In this document: one piece after another, positions 1-21,642 of the stretch | Layout: each line of letters begins with the position of its first letter | How positions within the stretch are numbered: the first letter of the stretch is position 1 | Assembly (NCBI GenBank): GCA_050613775.1 | Contig: JBODTK010000159.1 | Location: 124,001 to 188,000, forward strand | Origin: Neocallimastix sp. 'constans' | Lineage: Eukaryota | Reading direction: 5' to 3' | Length of the DNA: 64,000 bases | Notes under the pieces: generated by a model | Told to the model about the DNA's origin: nothing | Database searches by the model: none | Seen by the model: only the letters and a program-made list of their open reading frames with translations | Program-made: the position numbers and the translations under genes

Positions 1-84
1 TTAATAATGAATATATAACTATTTAAATTTTATGAATGATAAAAAATGAATAATTAATGAAAATATATATTGAATAATATAGAA

Positions 85-6849
<6,765 letters not shown>

Positions 6850-6878
6850 TTTTTTAATACTTTTCATTCTTTTTTTTT

Positions 6879-6911
<33 letters not shown>

Positions 6912-7547
6912 TATATTATATAATTAATTTTTAATTTATATTTCAATATTTTTTAAAAAAAAAAAAAAAAAAAAAATATTAATTACATTACGAAATTTAT
7001 TTTATATTTAAAAAAAAATTTTTTTTTTTTTTTTTATAATCTATTAAATTATTTATTTATTATCATTAATATTATAATTATTATTTAATCTATTTTTTTT
7101 TTCTTTATTATTATTACAATTTTTTAAATTAAATATGTATATATTATTTTTTTTATTAAAATATTATAATTATAATTTCTATTTAATATTATATTAATTA
7201 AATATTATGAAATAAAATAAAAATTATATATATTATTATTTAAAATTTTAATTTTTAAATATACATAAAAGTATTAATGTAATATTCCTATAAAATGATA
7301 AAAATGAATAAATATATAATATACATATATATATTCAATTATTTAAATTTTATTGTTACTTTTGAAATCTATATAATAAAAATATTTATTTATATATAAT
7401 TTTTTTTTTTTTTATTTTGTATTATTTTATATTATTTTATAATATATTTCTAATTTAATTTACAAAAAAAAAAAAAAAAAAAAAAAGAATAAAAAAAATA
7501 AGATAAATATAAAAATCAAAAAATAAAATAAAAAAAAATAAATTTCA

Positions 7548-7760
7548 AAGAGAATATAATTGGTAATGTAGAGTGTACTTAATCTATGAGAGGATTAGTG
7601 GTTGTTGTTCCTCCCTCAATGATGATGGTTCATGAGATCACTAAAAAAAAATCCTATCCTATAAAGCAACGTATAGAGAATGTTCTTTTTCATATTAGCC
7701 TTGATGAGAGAGATGGTTTCCTCATCCACACTGAAGCGATACCCAGTCTAAAAAAAAAAA
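7548..7760 (+). mobile_element. Poly(A)-tailed dispersed repeat (LINE 3' end or SINE-like), family A copy 1
   Basis: GC-richer island ending CCCAGTCT(A)n. Homologous to the reverse complement of about 16030-16200 (shared GAGAGGAyTAGTG, TGATGATGGTTCAwGAGATCACT, TATAAAGC, TTTTCATATTAGC). Confidence 0.65.
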
Positions 7761-8100
7761 TATATATATATATATATATTTTATATTAAAATTAAAAAAT
7801 ATCATAATTTAAATTTCTTTAAACAAAAAAGATAAATATATATGTTATATATTAAACTTAAAAAAAAATATTCAATATATAATTTAATATCTAAAAAGAG
7901 TCAATTTAATTTGTCAATATTTTCTCCAATTTTTAATTAAATTCATGAAATTTTATTGGCTCATTTTATTGTATAATTTCAAAAAAAATTTAAGTCAATA
8001 TTTTAAAAAAAAAAAAAAGTTATATCCAAAAAATTATTAGTTATAGCAAATTATAGTAAATGTAAATATTAATAAAAATAATAATTATAATTATTATTTA

Positions 8101-8240
<140 letters not shown>

Positions 8241-8643
8241 AACAATATTATAATTTTAAAATATAAAAAAAAAAAAAAAATAAAATAAATAAAATATCTA
8301 TGTAATATATAGATATATATTTATGTCTCATTTTTAACAGTAAAGTATTTACAAAAATATTTATTATGTATTATTTAATCTTATAAATTTATTTTATTAT
8401 TGAATATAATAATAATAATCATAAATATATATAAGTTTTTTTTTATTCATTTAAAATTATTATAAATTTTTTATAATAAATATTTATATTTATTTATATT
8501 TATGTTTTATATATTTAAATTATATAAAACAAATATATACATAAAAAAAAAAAAAAAAAAAAAAAAATTAAATACTAAATAGTAAATAATATGTATTAAG
8601 GTATAAATATATACATATAAAACTAAATCATTTATATAAAAAA

Positions 8644-8674
<31 letters not shown>

Positions 8675-9048
8675 TAAAGACGATATAAGAATGGTTTTAA
8701 ATCCCAAATTTAAATTTAATAATGGTATAATTGTTTGTAAAATTGTTATATAATTTAATTTATTTCTTTTACAAACAGTATTATTATATATTAATATATT
8801 CCTTTTCTAAATTTTTTATTTATTCCTGTTTATCTTTATTTCTTTATTTTATTTTATTTTATTTTATTTTTTTTATTTTTATTTTATTTTTTTTTTTTTA
8901 TTTTTATTTAATTTTAATTTTAATTTTATTTTTATTTTTATTTTTTTTTTGAAATTTCCATCTTCTCTTAACTTTTAATTCATTTTCCCCTTCTTATCTC
9001 TTCCTTTTTATTATTATTATTATTATTATTATCAATTATTATTATCAT

Positions 9049-10442
<1,394 letters not shown>

Positions 10443-10470
10443 ACTTTAACTAAATGTTTTTTTTTTTCTT

Positions 10471-10509
<39 letters not shown>

Positions 10510-10828
10510 AAAGTAGGTTAACCTTATTGTTTTAATAAAACTTCAATGATAATTGAAGTAAATATTCTGTTAATTGTATGATTTATATAAAAAAATATAT
10601 ATTGTTGATTTTTTTTTTATAAAATTGAATAAAAAAAAATTATAAAGAATAGTTTTTATAAAAATTATTTGTAAAAATTATTAAATATACTATATCAAAT
10701 TTTGAAAATGTGAATTTATATAAAATTTTAATAGAAAATCTACTGATAATAAACTTTTAAAATTGATTATTTTATTGTATATACTAAATTAAATTAAAAA
10801 TATATATGATACTATTTTAATTATTCCC

Positions 10829-10865
<37 letters not shown>

Positions 10866-10986
10866 TTAAGTAATTTCCTTTAAATAAATAAAATTTAAAT
10901 AAAATTATTATACAAAATTTTCTTTAAATAAATTTTTTAAAATTTTCTATTTATATTATATAAAACAAATAATAATTTATTATTAG

Positions 10987-11042
<56 letters not shown>

Positions 11043-11264
11043 TTTATATAAAATATGAAATTATACAATAAATAATAAATATAAAATTTACCTTAAATGA
11101 TTCCTCTATTATTTTTAAAATTAATAATTATACATAAATTAAATATTAAATATATTCGTTTTTTTTTTTTTTTTTTTTTTAATCTATTTATTTTTTAATA
11201 ATTAAATACTGCTTTAATTGATTATTAATATATTTTTTTTTTTTTCCTATATGTTTAAAAGAAA

Positions 11265-11474
11265 CTAGCCAACATCTTCATGTTGTGAAAGACAACATAA
11301 ATCAAAGTCAAAGCCACAATCACATTCACTTCTATTTCCACAAGAAATTTTTTTTCTTTTTTGGTTAATACTGTTGCGAATTCTATTGGTTAATGGATCA
11401 AAGAAGGAAGTTTCAATAACGACGTTTATCGCTCTAGACTGAATTCTTTGATAATTTGAAAAAGTTACTCTCAT
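11265..11474 (-). promoter_or_regulatory. Candidate peptide-coding upstream ORF (69 aa, Cys-rich C-terminus) in the PRL 5' leader
   Basis: Open, coding-like GC-richer island on the same strand, ending about 0.8 kb upstream of the PRL ATG. Weak start context (TAA-ATG-A). Candidate leader introns 11091-10812 and 10521-10450. Confidence 0.6.
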
Positions 11475-12518
11475 TTAAATTTGGTTGATAAAAAAGATTT
11501 AAAATTTTTTTTATCTTTTAGTGATAATTTTTAAAGTTTTACGATAACTCAGTAATAGATATAAATTCTATTAAAAACATTTTAATATTAATAATTATAT
11601 AGTTAGAATATAAAGTATTAAAGTGTTTAATAGACATTTTATTTAAATTACTATTATTTTTTATTTTTTTTTTAAAAAAATATTATTAATAAAAAAAAAG
11701 GGAAATAATTACAATTATTTTTAAAAAAGTCTACTATTTTTTATAGAATGTTGATTAGTAAATGTCTTATTTGACGAAGATAATAGATAATGCATAAAAG
11801 CTATATTATTTAAAATAAAAGTAAAATTTTAAATAATAATATATTAATTAATTTATTTATTTATTTATTTTTTTATTCATAATTAACAATTATTTAATAA
11901 TATTATAATAATAATATATTTAAATAATATTTCCTATACTTCTTCAGATATAACAAAAAAAAAAAAAAAAAAATTCTTTTATATTTTAATTTAAAATTTA
12001 CATAAACTTGATTCACCTTTATTTAATTTAATAATATTTCTATTTTAAATTCTTATTTTTCATTTAAACTTTTTTTTTTTTTTAAAAAAAAAAAAGAAAT
12101 TATCTGATTTAATTTTTCTATCCATGTCTGTACTTTGTATTTATAAAAATCTTATAATAAATCCTTATAATGAATAAATAAATTCCTGTTTTTTTTATCC
12201 AATTTTATTCATTTTATCGCATTTTCAATTTTTTTAACAAAAAAAATAATAAAATAACATTTATTTGAATTTTTATTACATCTATTCTTTTCTTCATTTC
12301 AAATTTTAATGAATTATTGATTCTTTGAATACAATTAATTTAATTAATTTTCTTTAATTTTTCTTATAATATTTTTATTTTTATTTTAAAGTTACCTTTT
12401 TAAAACTTTTTCTAGAAAAAGTATAATAAATATTTGTTTGTTATTCAATTTTTTTTTCAACTTAATAAAACAATTTATTATAAATAAAATAGATTTCTAA
12501 TTACTATTATTTTTATCT

Positions 12519-12557
<39 letters not shown>

Positions 12558-14465
12558 GTTTTATTGTAGAGCTTTTTTTACTTTTTTTTATTTTTTTTTT
12601 TTTCTATTTTATTTTAAAAATTAAATTTTTTTTTCTATTAAAAATTAAAAAATTTAAAAAAAAAGTTTATGTTTTTATAATAAAAAATTTTATATATTTA
12701 TAAAAAAAATTAATATATTGTAAGAATAATCTATTTAATATAAATATATTTAAAAAAAATATATGAATTTATTAACTATATTTGTATTAATTATTCAATT
12801 AATATAGGATATTTATTGAATAATTATTTCAAATATAATTCAACATATATTAAAATAAAATTTATATATAATAATTAAATAAATTAACTTTTTATTTTAA
12901 ATTGGAAGAAAAATAAGAATAAAAATTTATTTATAATATTACTAATAATATTATATTGTATTAATAATGTATAGTTTATTAGAATATACTAATAATATAT
13001 TTAATTAAATATTATTAATATATTTTTTTTTAATTAGAGGATGAAATGAAAAAATAAATAATATTATATATTATAATTTAAAATAAATTTACAAAAAAAC
13101 CATTTACTAATTTATACTATTATCTACTTAACCTAAAATAATTTTTAACAAATAATAAATAGATAATTAAATATGAAATAATTAAATAATTAAATAATTA
13201 AATAATTAAATAATTAAATAATTAAATATTAAATAATTAAATATGAAATAATTAAATAATTAAATATTATATAAAGAATAAAGAATAAAGAATAATAATA
13301 ATGAATAAATATTTTTTATAATTAATTATTAAAAAATAAAAATAAAATAAAAAAAAAAAATAATAATGATAAAAAATAAAAATAGTACATGATCCTTTTA
13401 ATTAATAGTATTTTTTTTTAAAAAAAAAAAAAAAATACTGACCCCATTTGTCTAAATTATTGACTTTTTTATTAAGATTATACTTTAGATAATGACTCAA
13501 AAAGATCTCTTCGTATTTTTATTCCTAATGTTAAAACTTTATTTTATCTTTGTTATATATTCTAATTATTCTTTTTCCTTTATAACCAATAAAGTTTATT
13601 ATATGGATTAGCTAAAAAAAAAAAAAAAAATATTTAATATGATTAAAAAAAAATGTTATTATCATTATTATTTTATAAACTTTATTGTTTTAATAATTTA
13701 TATAAATATATTATAATTTATTAGGAAAATATAGAATATAAATGAATATTTAATTTTTATTTTTTTAAGATTTTTCCATTGTTTATTTTAAGTAATTTTT
13801 AATATATGTATTAAAAACTCTTAAAATATAATATATATTTATATATTACTTAAAAATTAAGTATAAACCTATATTTGACATTATTGAGAATTTCCATAAA
13901 TCCATAAATACCAATTCCACATTAAATAACTTCAGATAAATTTGAATATAAATAATAATTTATTAATTACAAAATAAAAATATATATATAATTTAACTTG
14001 AATTGATATTAAATTTTAAAATAATACAGCATTTTCCTAATTATTAATGTTAATATAAATTAATTTCTCACCTTTATTTAAAAATGAAATCTAATATTAT
14101 TAAATTATATAACTATTAAATCATATAGTATTGATTTTTTTTCTAATTTTATATAATACTTAATTTCAATTGTTTTATAAATTATTTTATATTTTATTTT
14201 ATTTAAAAAGTTTCGATGTATATATATATTTAATATAATCAATATATATTTTTATTATATATAAGAATATAAAAATTAGAGATCTTCTTATTCCTTCGTA
14301 TTAACTAAAAATATTATTTATATTATTAATTGATAACTTTTTTTTTTTTTTAAATAAAAAAAAAAAAAAAAAAAGAAAGAAAAAATATATTTTAAAGCAT
14401 TCGTTTAAAAAATTATTCTTATATATTATCAAATAAAATTTATATATATTCAATTGCTTTGAATT

Positions 14466-14531
<66 letters not shown>

Positions 14532-15922
14532 GAAATAATAATAATATGATTGAAAAAAAAATAATAATCCATAAATTGGAAATTTAAAAATCAATTGAAT
14601 ATATATATGTAATTTTATTTTAAGTTTAATGTTTGAATTGACTATATTAAACTTAATTTTATTGAAATTTTATTAGTAAATATAATTAATCGTATTTTCA
14701 TTAAAAAATTTTACATGTAAATAAATATAAAAATCATATACATATATGTGTTGATGTATAAATTATAGAATTATTCAATTAAACAAATAAAATTATAAAT
14801 ATTTAAAAAAAAAAAAAAAAAAAAAAGTAATTATCCTGAAGAATTTTAATATGTAAGATTCTAAATAAATATATAAAGTAAATCTTATGATGAAAAAAAA
14901 AAAAATTATTTTTATTTATATTTATATATATTTTTTTTAATTTGAAAAAAAAATGTATAATATATATATATAATTTTATATACTATTTTTATTCTCTTGT
15001 TATAACAAATTATTTTTATTCTTTATAATTAAAGTTTTTTAGGTTTATTATTACAATCTTTATTTTATTTAATGACTTGATATAAAAAGAAATATATTCA
15101 AGGGATATTTTAATTTTATAATATTTTTTTTTCTATTTTTTTTTTAATTACAAATATATTATTATTTATGCTTAATATTAGTAACTAAATTTTAACAAAT
15201 TATAATAATGTATTTATTCTAATTTTTATAATTAAAATTTTTAATTGAATATATTTAATGACTATATTTAATTATTTCACTATAAAAACTTGAAAATTTT
15301 TCAAAATCTTAAATATTTATTATCCATTTCAAATTAAAAATATATATATATATATATATTTAAAAAAAAATAAAATATATATATAAAGTATATATAATAT
15401 TATTATAGCAATAGAAGAAATTATATTACTAATTATAAATAATAACTTTATATCAATATAACAAAATTAAATATGAATAATGATTTTAAAAATATACTTT
15501 ATATAAATATTAAAATTATTTGGTTAATTTTTTTCCAAAGTTATATAATAAATTAAGGTTTATTTCTTTTCATTTTTAATGTTTAAATTGCTATAAAATA
15601 TTAATAGTTTTATTTTTTTTTTTTTTTTTTTAATAAATTTGTTAACTCTAATAATATAAATTTATAATATATAATATCTAAATATATATTTTTTTTAAAT
15701 ATTCTTTTAATATTTTGAAGTTTTTATTTATTTATTTATTTATTAATTAAAAATCAAAAAAGATTTTAAATTAAATATTAAATTAAATTAAATTAAATTA
15801 TATTATATTAAAATAAATTGATTATACATATACATTTTATTTATCCAATAAAATTTGAAAATCAATTAATGTAATGCAAAATACTACATCAAACGATTTA
15901 ATTGTTTATTTTAAAAAAAAAG

Positions 15923-16350
15923 GTTTTTTTTTTTTTTTAAGATTGGGATTAATAAGAGGCCCTATTGTCCTCCAATTTCTCTCTTAAAAGTATAAGATAT
16001 TCAATAGATTCTTTGCTAGTATTCAAGAGGAGACCTCTCTCGAAGAAAAGCTAATATGAAAAGACAATCCTTATATGCCAGCTTTATAAGACGACGAACT
16101 TCTTATCAGTGATCTCTTGAACCATCATCAAAGGAAGAACAACTACACTAGTCCTCTCACAGGTACAAATGCTCTCTGTACATAACAATTATATAGTCTA
16201 ACAACAGGAATACTTACCATGGCAAGTGAACCTCCAACTTTATTTATAAAGAAAAAACTTTGAGGGTGAAAATTGCCCCATATTAATTCAGGAAGTAGTC
16301 GCTGAGTCGATTTAGATACTTTACATGTATTAATCCCTAGTACTAACAAA
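15923..16350 (-). mobile_element. Poly(A)-tailed dispersed repeat, family A copy 2
   Basis: On the minus strand it ends CCCAATCTT(A)n and aligns by eye with 7548-7750. Confidence 0.65.
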
Positions 16351-16765
16351 AATAAATAGAAATTTAAGATTAATTATATATTTTTATATTATAATTATTA
16401 TTATTTTTTTAGTAGAATAAATTTAAAAGAAAAATCATTGAACATATATTAAATAAAAAAAAAAATAATAATAAAATTAAAAAAAAAAATATATATATAT
16501 AATTAAAATATTTACTATTACCAAGACATTAAAATACTAATATATTAACCGATATAATTCACTTTTATATACCATAGATTGTTATATTAACAATTAATTT
16601 ATAATTATTTATAATTTAATTGTTAATATTCTTTATTTAATTATGAAATATTATATAATTGTTGGTCATAAAAATACATTAATTGTAATAATTTTATATT
16701 ATTCTTCTCTTATTGTTTTGTATTCGGTTTTACATTATTATATTATTATATTTTATTCAATCTGG

Positions 16766-16797
<32 letters not shown>

Positions 16798-16871
16798 TAT
16801 ACATATATAAATTTTAGTTCATATTAAAATTTTATTTTAATTATTTTATTTCATTTTATTTTATTTTATTT

Positions 16872-16902
<31 letters not shown>

Positions 16903-17144
16903 TTAAAATTTTAAAAGTTAAAAGTTAAATCTTTCATATCAATTTGATATTGAAAGAAAATATTTCTTGGCAAAACAAATTATTGAATGATAAACTATTA
17001 AAATAAATAATTATTAAATCCATTTTAGTTTTATATAGATTAATATGAAATAAAACTTTAATTATTAAAAATTATTACCAGCTAATTACTGTAATCAAAA
17101 GGAAAAAGGTAGTGAAAGGAATGATATTAACTTTGCATTAAACG

Positions 17145-17183
<39 letters not shown>

Positions 17184-18247
17184 ATTGTGAATTATATTTT
17201 TCAAAAATAAAAAAAAAAAAGGTATTATTAACTATATTAAATGTTAATAATTTATTTCAGAATATGTTTATTTTTTTAATTATATTACTGTTATTATTTG
17301 TTTATTATGATATAATTAAATTCCTTTTTTTAATTTATTTAAAAATTATTTTTATTTTATTCTTTTATAATAATTTAAGAAACAAATAATTGAAATGCCT
17401 TATATGGTATTGATAATTCTTGCTCGAAAAGAACTTGATCAAAACAAAAGTTTTAATATTGCCTGTTGTTATGAATACTCTTTAATTTATAATTATTTTT
17501 TTAAACATGAACTTTAATATATATATATATAAATGTCTCCATTTTATATCTTAAAGATCATGTATTTTTCATTTGAAATAAATGGATAGATAGTAAATAA
17601 TAACAAATAAAAAAAAAATTTTTTTTTTCTACTCTATTGTAATATTCAATATTTAAAAATATTTTCTGAAATTCTATCCTACAATAGTATTTTATGTTAT
17701 TTAGTATTTTCTATAAAAAAAAAAAACAATTTTAAAATACTACAAAATAAAATATTTATAAAAATATTTGAAATATTTTTATTAATATTATTAGTTTATT
17801 TTATTCATTTTTTTTTTTTTATGCATTTATATAAATATTTATTTTTAACAAATATTTTAAATTAGGTTATGAAAAATTAAAAAAAAAAAAAAAAAAAAAT
17901 TAAATTAAATTAAAATAAATAAAAAAAAAAGAAAATTATTTTTATCAAATTGCATATTAAATCAAATCAAATAAAATAAAATAATTTTTAAAGAAAAAAG
18001 TGGATTATGTGTAAAATAGGATACTATAATAACTGTTTTTGAAAATATATTAATTTAAAATAATAAATCATTAGTATTTTTATATAAGAAAAAGAAAATA
18101 TTAAATATATTTATTACTGATGGCATATTTCTAATTATTTAAACTTATTTAAATAAAAAATTTTATATCTATATATCTAAATATACGATTGAAGAAAAAA
18201 AAAAAAAATAAAAAAAGAAATATTAAAAAAAAAAAAAAAAAAAAAAG

Positions 18248-18510
18248 GAACCTCACCTCCATATTTCATATTCTGGATTAGGGTTTGAATGGATTTTCTG
18301 AAAGAAATTTTGAGTCCTCTCCTTCAGAAGGTATTGGCTCTGCTAGCCTGTCTTAATTGCATTTTCAGCCTTGACGGACGCTGCTGGTTAGTTTACACTT
18401 ATACCATGGGAAGTGCAAACCTTTGTCGAAGACTAGCCCAAGGCATAATTTCTGTAAAGAGAGACCGCAGATCGCTCTAAGATTGGCGTTTTAAAAATAA
18501 TCACCAGAAA
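18248..18510 (-). mobile_element. Degenerate retroelement 3'-region fragment related to the modules at 30083 and 36668
   Basis: Shares CACTTsCCATGGTA with 16210-16230, CCAGCAGCGTC with about 36795, and GGAG..GGACT.AAAAT with about 30125 (all read on the minus strand). Confidence 0.45.
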
Positions 18511-18554
18511 TGATTGGATTTTATTTTCATTAATATAATAAGAATCATTAATTT

Positions 18555-18556
<2 letters not shown>

Positions 18557-18592
<36 letters not shown>

Positions 18593-19500
18593 CTGGGAAA
18601 AGAATACACTTCCATTGCTTTGTTAAATAAATGATTTAATTTACATTTTAGGAAAACCATCAAGTCCCAAGGAGCTTTGTTTACGCTTCATAGAAAGTTC
18701 GGTGTTTCTTATAATCAGAGAGTGAAAATAGGATCATTTAATATTCCAGGTATTTGGATTAAAAGGGTTATTATGGAAAACATTTTGTCCCAATCGTCTT
18801 GGTTTATCTTGGTTTAAGCTGTGTGACCAGTAGAATCAGACGCTAAGCCTTTGTAATGTTCAACTCAACGTTTTTAAGTTGATCATTGGGAATCAAATAG
18901 ATCCTGACTAGATTTAGACTTAACAAAATTGAAGAGTAGAAGCTGAATATGTAGGTAGAGAGACCTTTTTGAGACCACGCCAACCAACGACTTATAGACT
19001 TTGTTAATAATATAGTTATTAATTTTGACTACGTTTTTGTTTTATAGCGACTAGAGCGTAAGGGAGCATTTAAGCTTTCTCAAAGCTTTGAATAATTTAT
19101 GATATTAAGTAAATAAAATTGATCTAAATAAGCATCCATCGAAAGGGCAATCTGAGAAAGGTTTTAATATTTTCATAATATATTAAATGCTTGGCAATTG
19201 AAATCTTCTTTACATACTCTGAGCTGGGCAATGGAAAGCAGGGCCTTTAAATTTGGCGGGAATAAAAGCTTTAATTTCTTTACCTACACTGATTAAAGTA
19301 ATTAATAAATTCTTTAACCGTATCATCTGCTGAGGTTTCATCAATTTTAGATTCAGGATTACTTGCTAAAACAGAATAATAATTATGAAACAGTATATTT
19401 GAATTCTGAGTATTACAAATATGGTTCGATCAATTGATAGTTTCCTTTGGTTTATTAAAACCATCCGAAAAATTCTTATTGAAAGATAAGAAGATAGGAT
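18557..19500 (-). mobile_element. Internally deleted, degenerate LINE (non-LTR retrotransposon): pre-RT linker fused to the 3' terminus and poly(A)
   Basis: Frameshifted translation reads ...GWRGLKKVS...EHYKGLASDSTGH...WNINDPI...NKAP/GLDGFP, matching the KAPGxDG motif that opens LINE RT domains. It is followed directly by TTATTTAACAAAGCAATGGAAGTGTATTCTTTTCCCAGTCT(A)n. Confidence 0.7.
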
Positions 19501-19827
19501 AATATAATAATAAAATTTCTTTAATTTTTTATAATAATTATTAATATATATAATTATAATTAAAATTAAAATTAAAATTAAAATTAAAATTAAAATTAAA
19601 ATTATTTTTATTTTTATTTTTATTTTTATTTTTATTTTTATTTTTATTTTTATATTTATTCTTATTCTTAATTTTATTTTTATTTTTATTTTTATTTTTA
19701 TTTTTATTCTTAATTTTATTTTTATTTTTATTTTTATTTTTATTTTTATTTTTATTATTACTTTTATTATTATTTTTACTTTTATCATCATCATCATCAT
19801 CATCATTATCATTATTATTATTATTAT

Positions 19828-19869
<42 letters not shown>

Positions 19870-20277
19870 CTTTTTAACGTTCTATGATTTAATATGAATT
19901 TATTATATTTTTATTAATAAAAATATTTTTTTATATTTATTTATTATTAAATTTATAAATAAATAAAAAAAATAAATAAATAAATGAATAAATTAATATA
20001 ATATAAAAAACTACTTTGATTAATTTTTTTTCCCCTTTATATTTATAATTTATCATAACTTATTTATTTTTATATACTAATTAAAAGAAAAAATAAAATA
20101 AAATAAAAAAAAAAAAAAAAAAAACATATACAGTTTGATTTAAAGATAATATGTATAAATATAAATTTTTATTTTATTTAATTTTAAATTAAAAATCAAT
20201 AGATTAGTTAATAATTATAAATACTAGTTAAAATCTATTTACATATATTATGACTATATGACTATATTTGACTTTTA

Positions 20278-20326
<49 letters not shown>

Positions 20327-20640
20327 TTTGTTATTATTATTTTTTCTTTTTTTTTTTTTTTTTTTTTTTTTATTATTATTATTTTATTGTATTGAATTTT
20401 TTATTAAATTTTGTGTTATTAAATTAATATATTAAACTATTTAAATAATAATTTTATAGATATTTAATATTATAATGGAATAATATTAGTAGTAATATTT
20501 TAAATTTTAACTTTTTTTTTTTTTTTTTTTTTTCAATTTTATAAATTTTATAGATATTATAAATTATTATTATTTTTTCTTTTTCTTTTTCTTTTTCATT
20601 TTATTTTATTTTATTTTATTTTTTATAAAATAAGAAAATC

Positions 20641-21599
20641 TTAGTGAAGAACTGAATACATTCCTATGTTATTATTTTTATTATTTAAATTATTTCTGTT
20701 ACCATAATATAAATTATGATCTAAATTATTATTGTTGTTAGTATTATAATTATTATGATTATGATTATTATGAGGACTATTATGGGGACTATTATGGGGA
20801 CTATTATGGGGACTGTTATGAGGACTGTTATGAGGACTGTTTTTGTTATGAGGATTATTATGATTGTTATGAGGATTATATTTTGATTTATTACTTAAAC
20901 CATAAAATTCTTTTATTGAATTACTTTTATTTTTATATAAATTATTATTTAATGATTGATCACTATTTCTAAGTGTATTATTATTATTATTATTATTATT
21001 ACTATTACCAACATTATCCAAGTAAGGATAAGAATCACTTTTATAATTATCCTTTCCATATTTATAATAATTATTAATAAATGCTCCATTAATTACTTTT
21101 TCTGTATAATTCTGTTCATTTTCATTATCTTTAAATGATATAACATTTATATTACTATTTTTAAATTTAACATTATCAACGTTAATTTCAGTTGTATCGA
21201 AACGTTTTCTGAAATTTTTTCCTGTTAAAGCTTCAACTAACTTTGGTAATACTAATGTGGTGAGTATGATAATACCTATTAAAAAAGAAGTAGTATTATT
21301 AACTATTTCAGCATGATAATAACTAAGATGAAATAAGAGAGAAATACCAGTAAGAACTATAATAAAAACGGTTAATCCAGTAGCTATTAAAAATGCTCTA
21401 TATTCATCATAATAATCAGTAGCTTTTCTTGTTTGTAGAGTAAAAATAAAAAGAAAAATAAACTAATTTTAAATAAATTAATAAATTAATAAATAAATAA
21501 ATAAATAAATTGTTTAATATCATGACATGAAAAATTAATATTTTAATTTGATAAATTTAAAAATCAAAACGAAATAAATAATATATAAAATAAAATAAA

Positions 21600-21642
<43 letters not shown>

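Noticed and set aside
11500..15900. Hidden gene in the long gene-free stretch (also 37800-43800)
   Set aside because: No chain of coding-like exons could be assembled; very small exons or ncRNAs cannot be excluded by eye.
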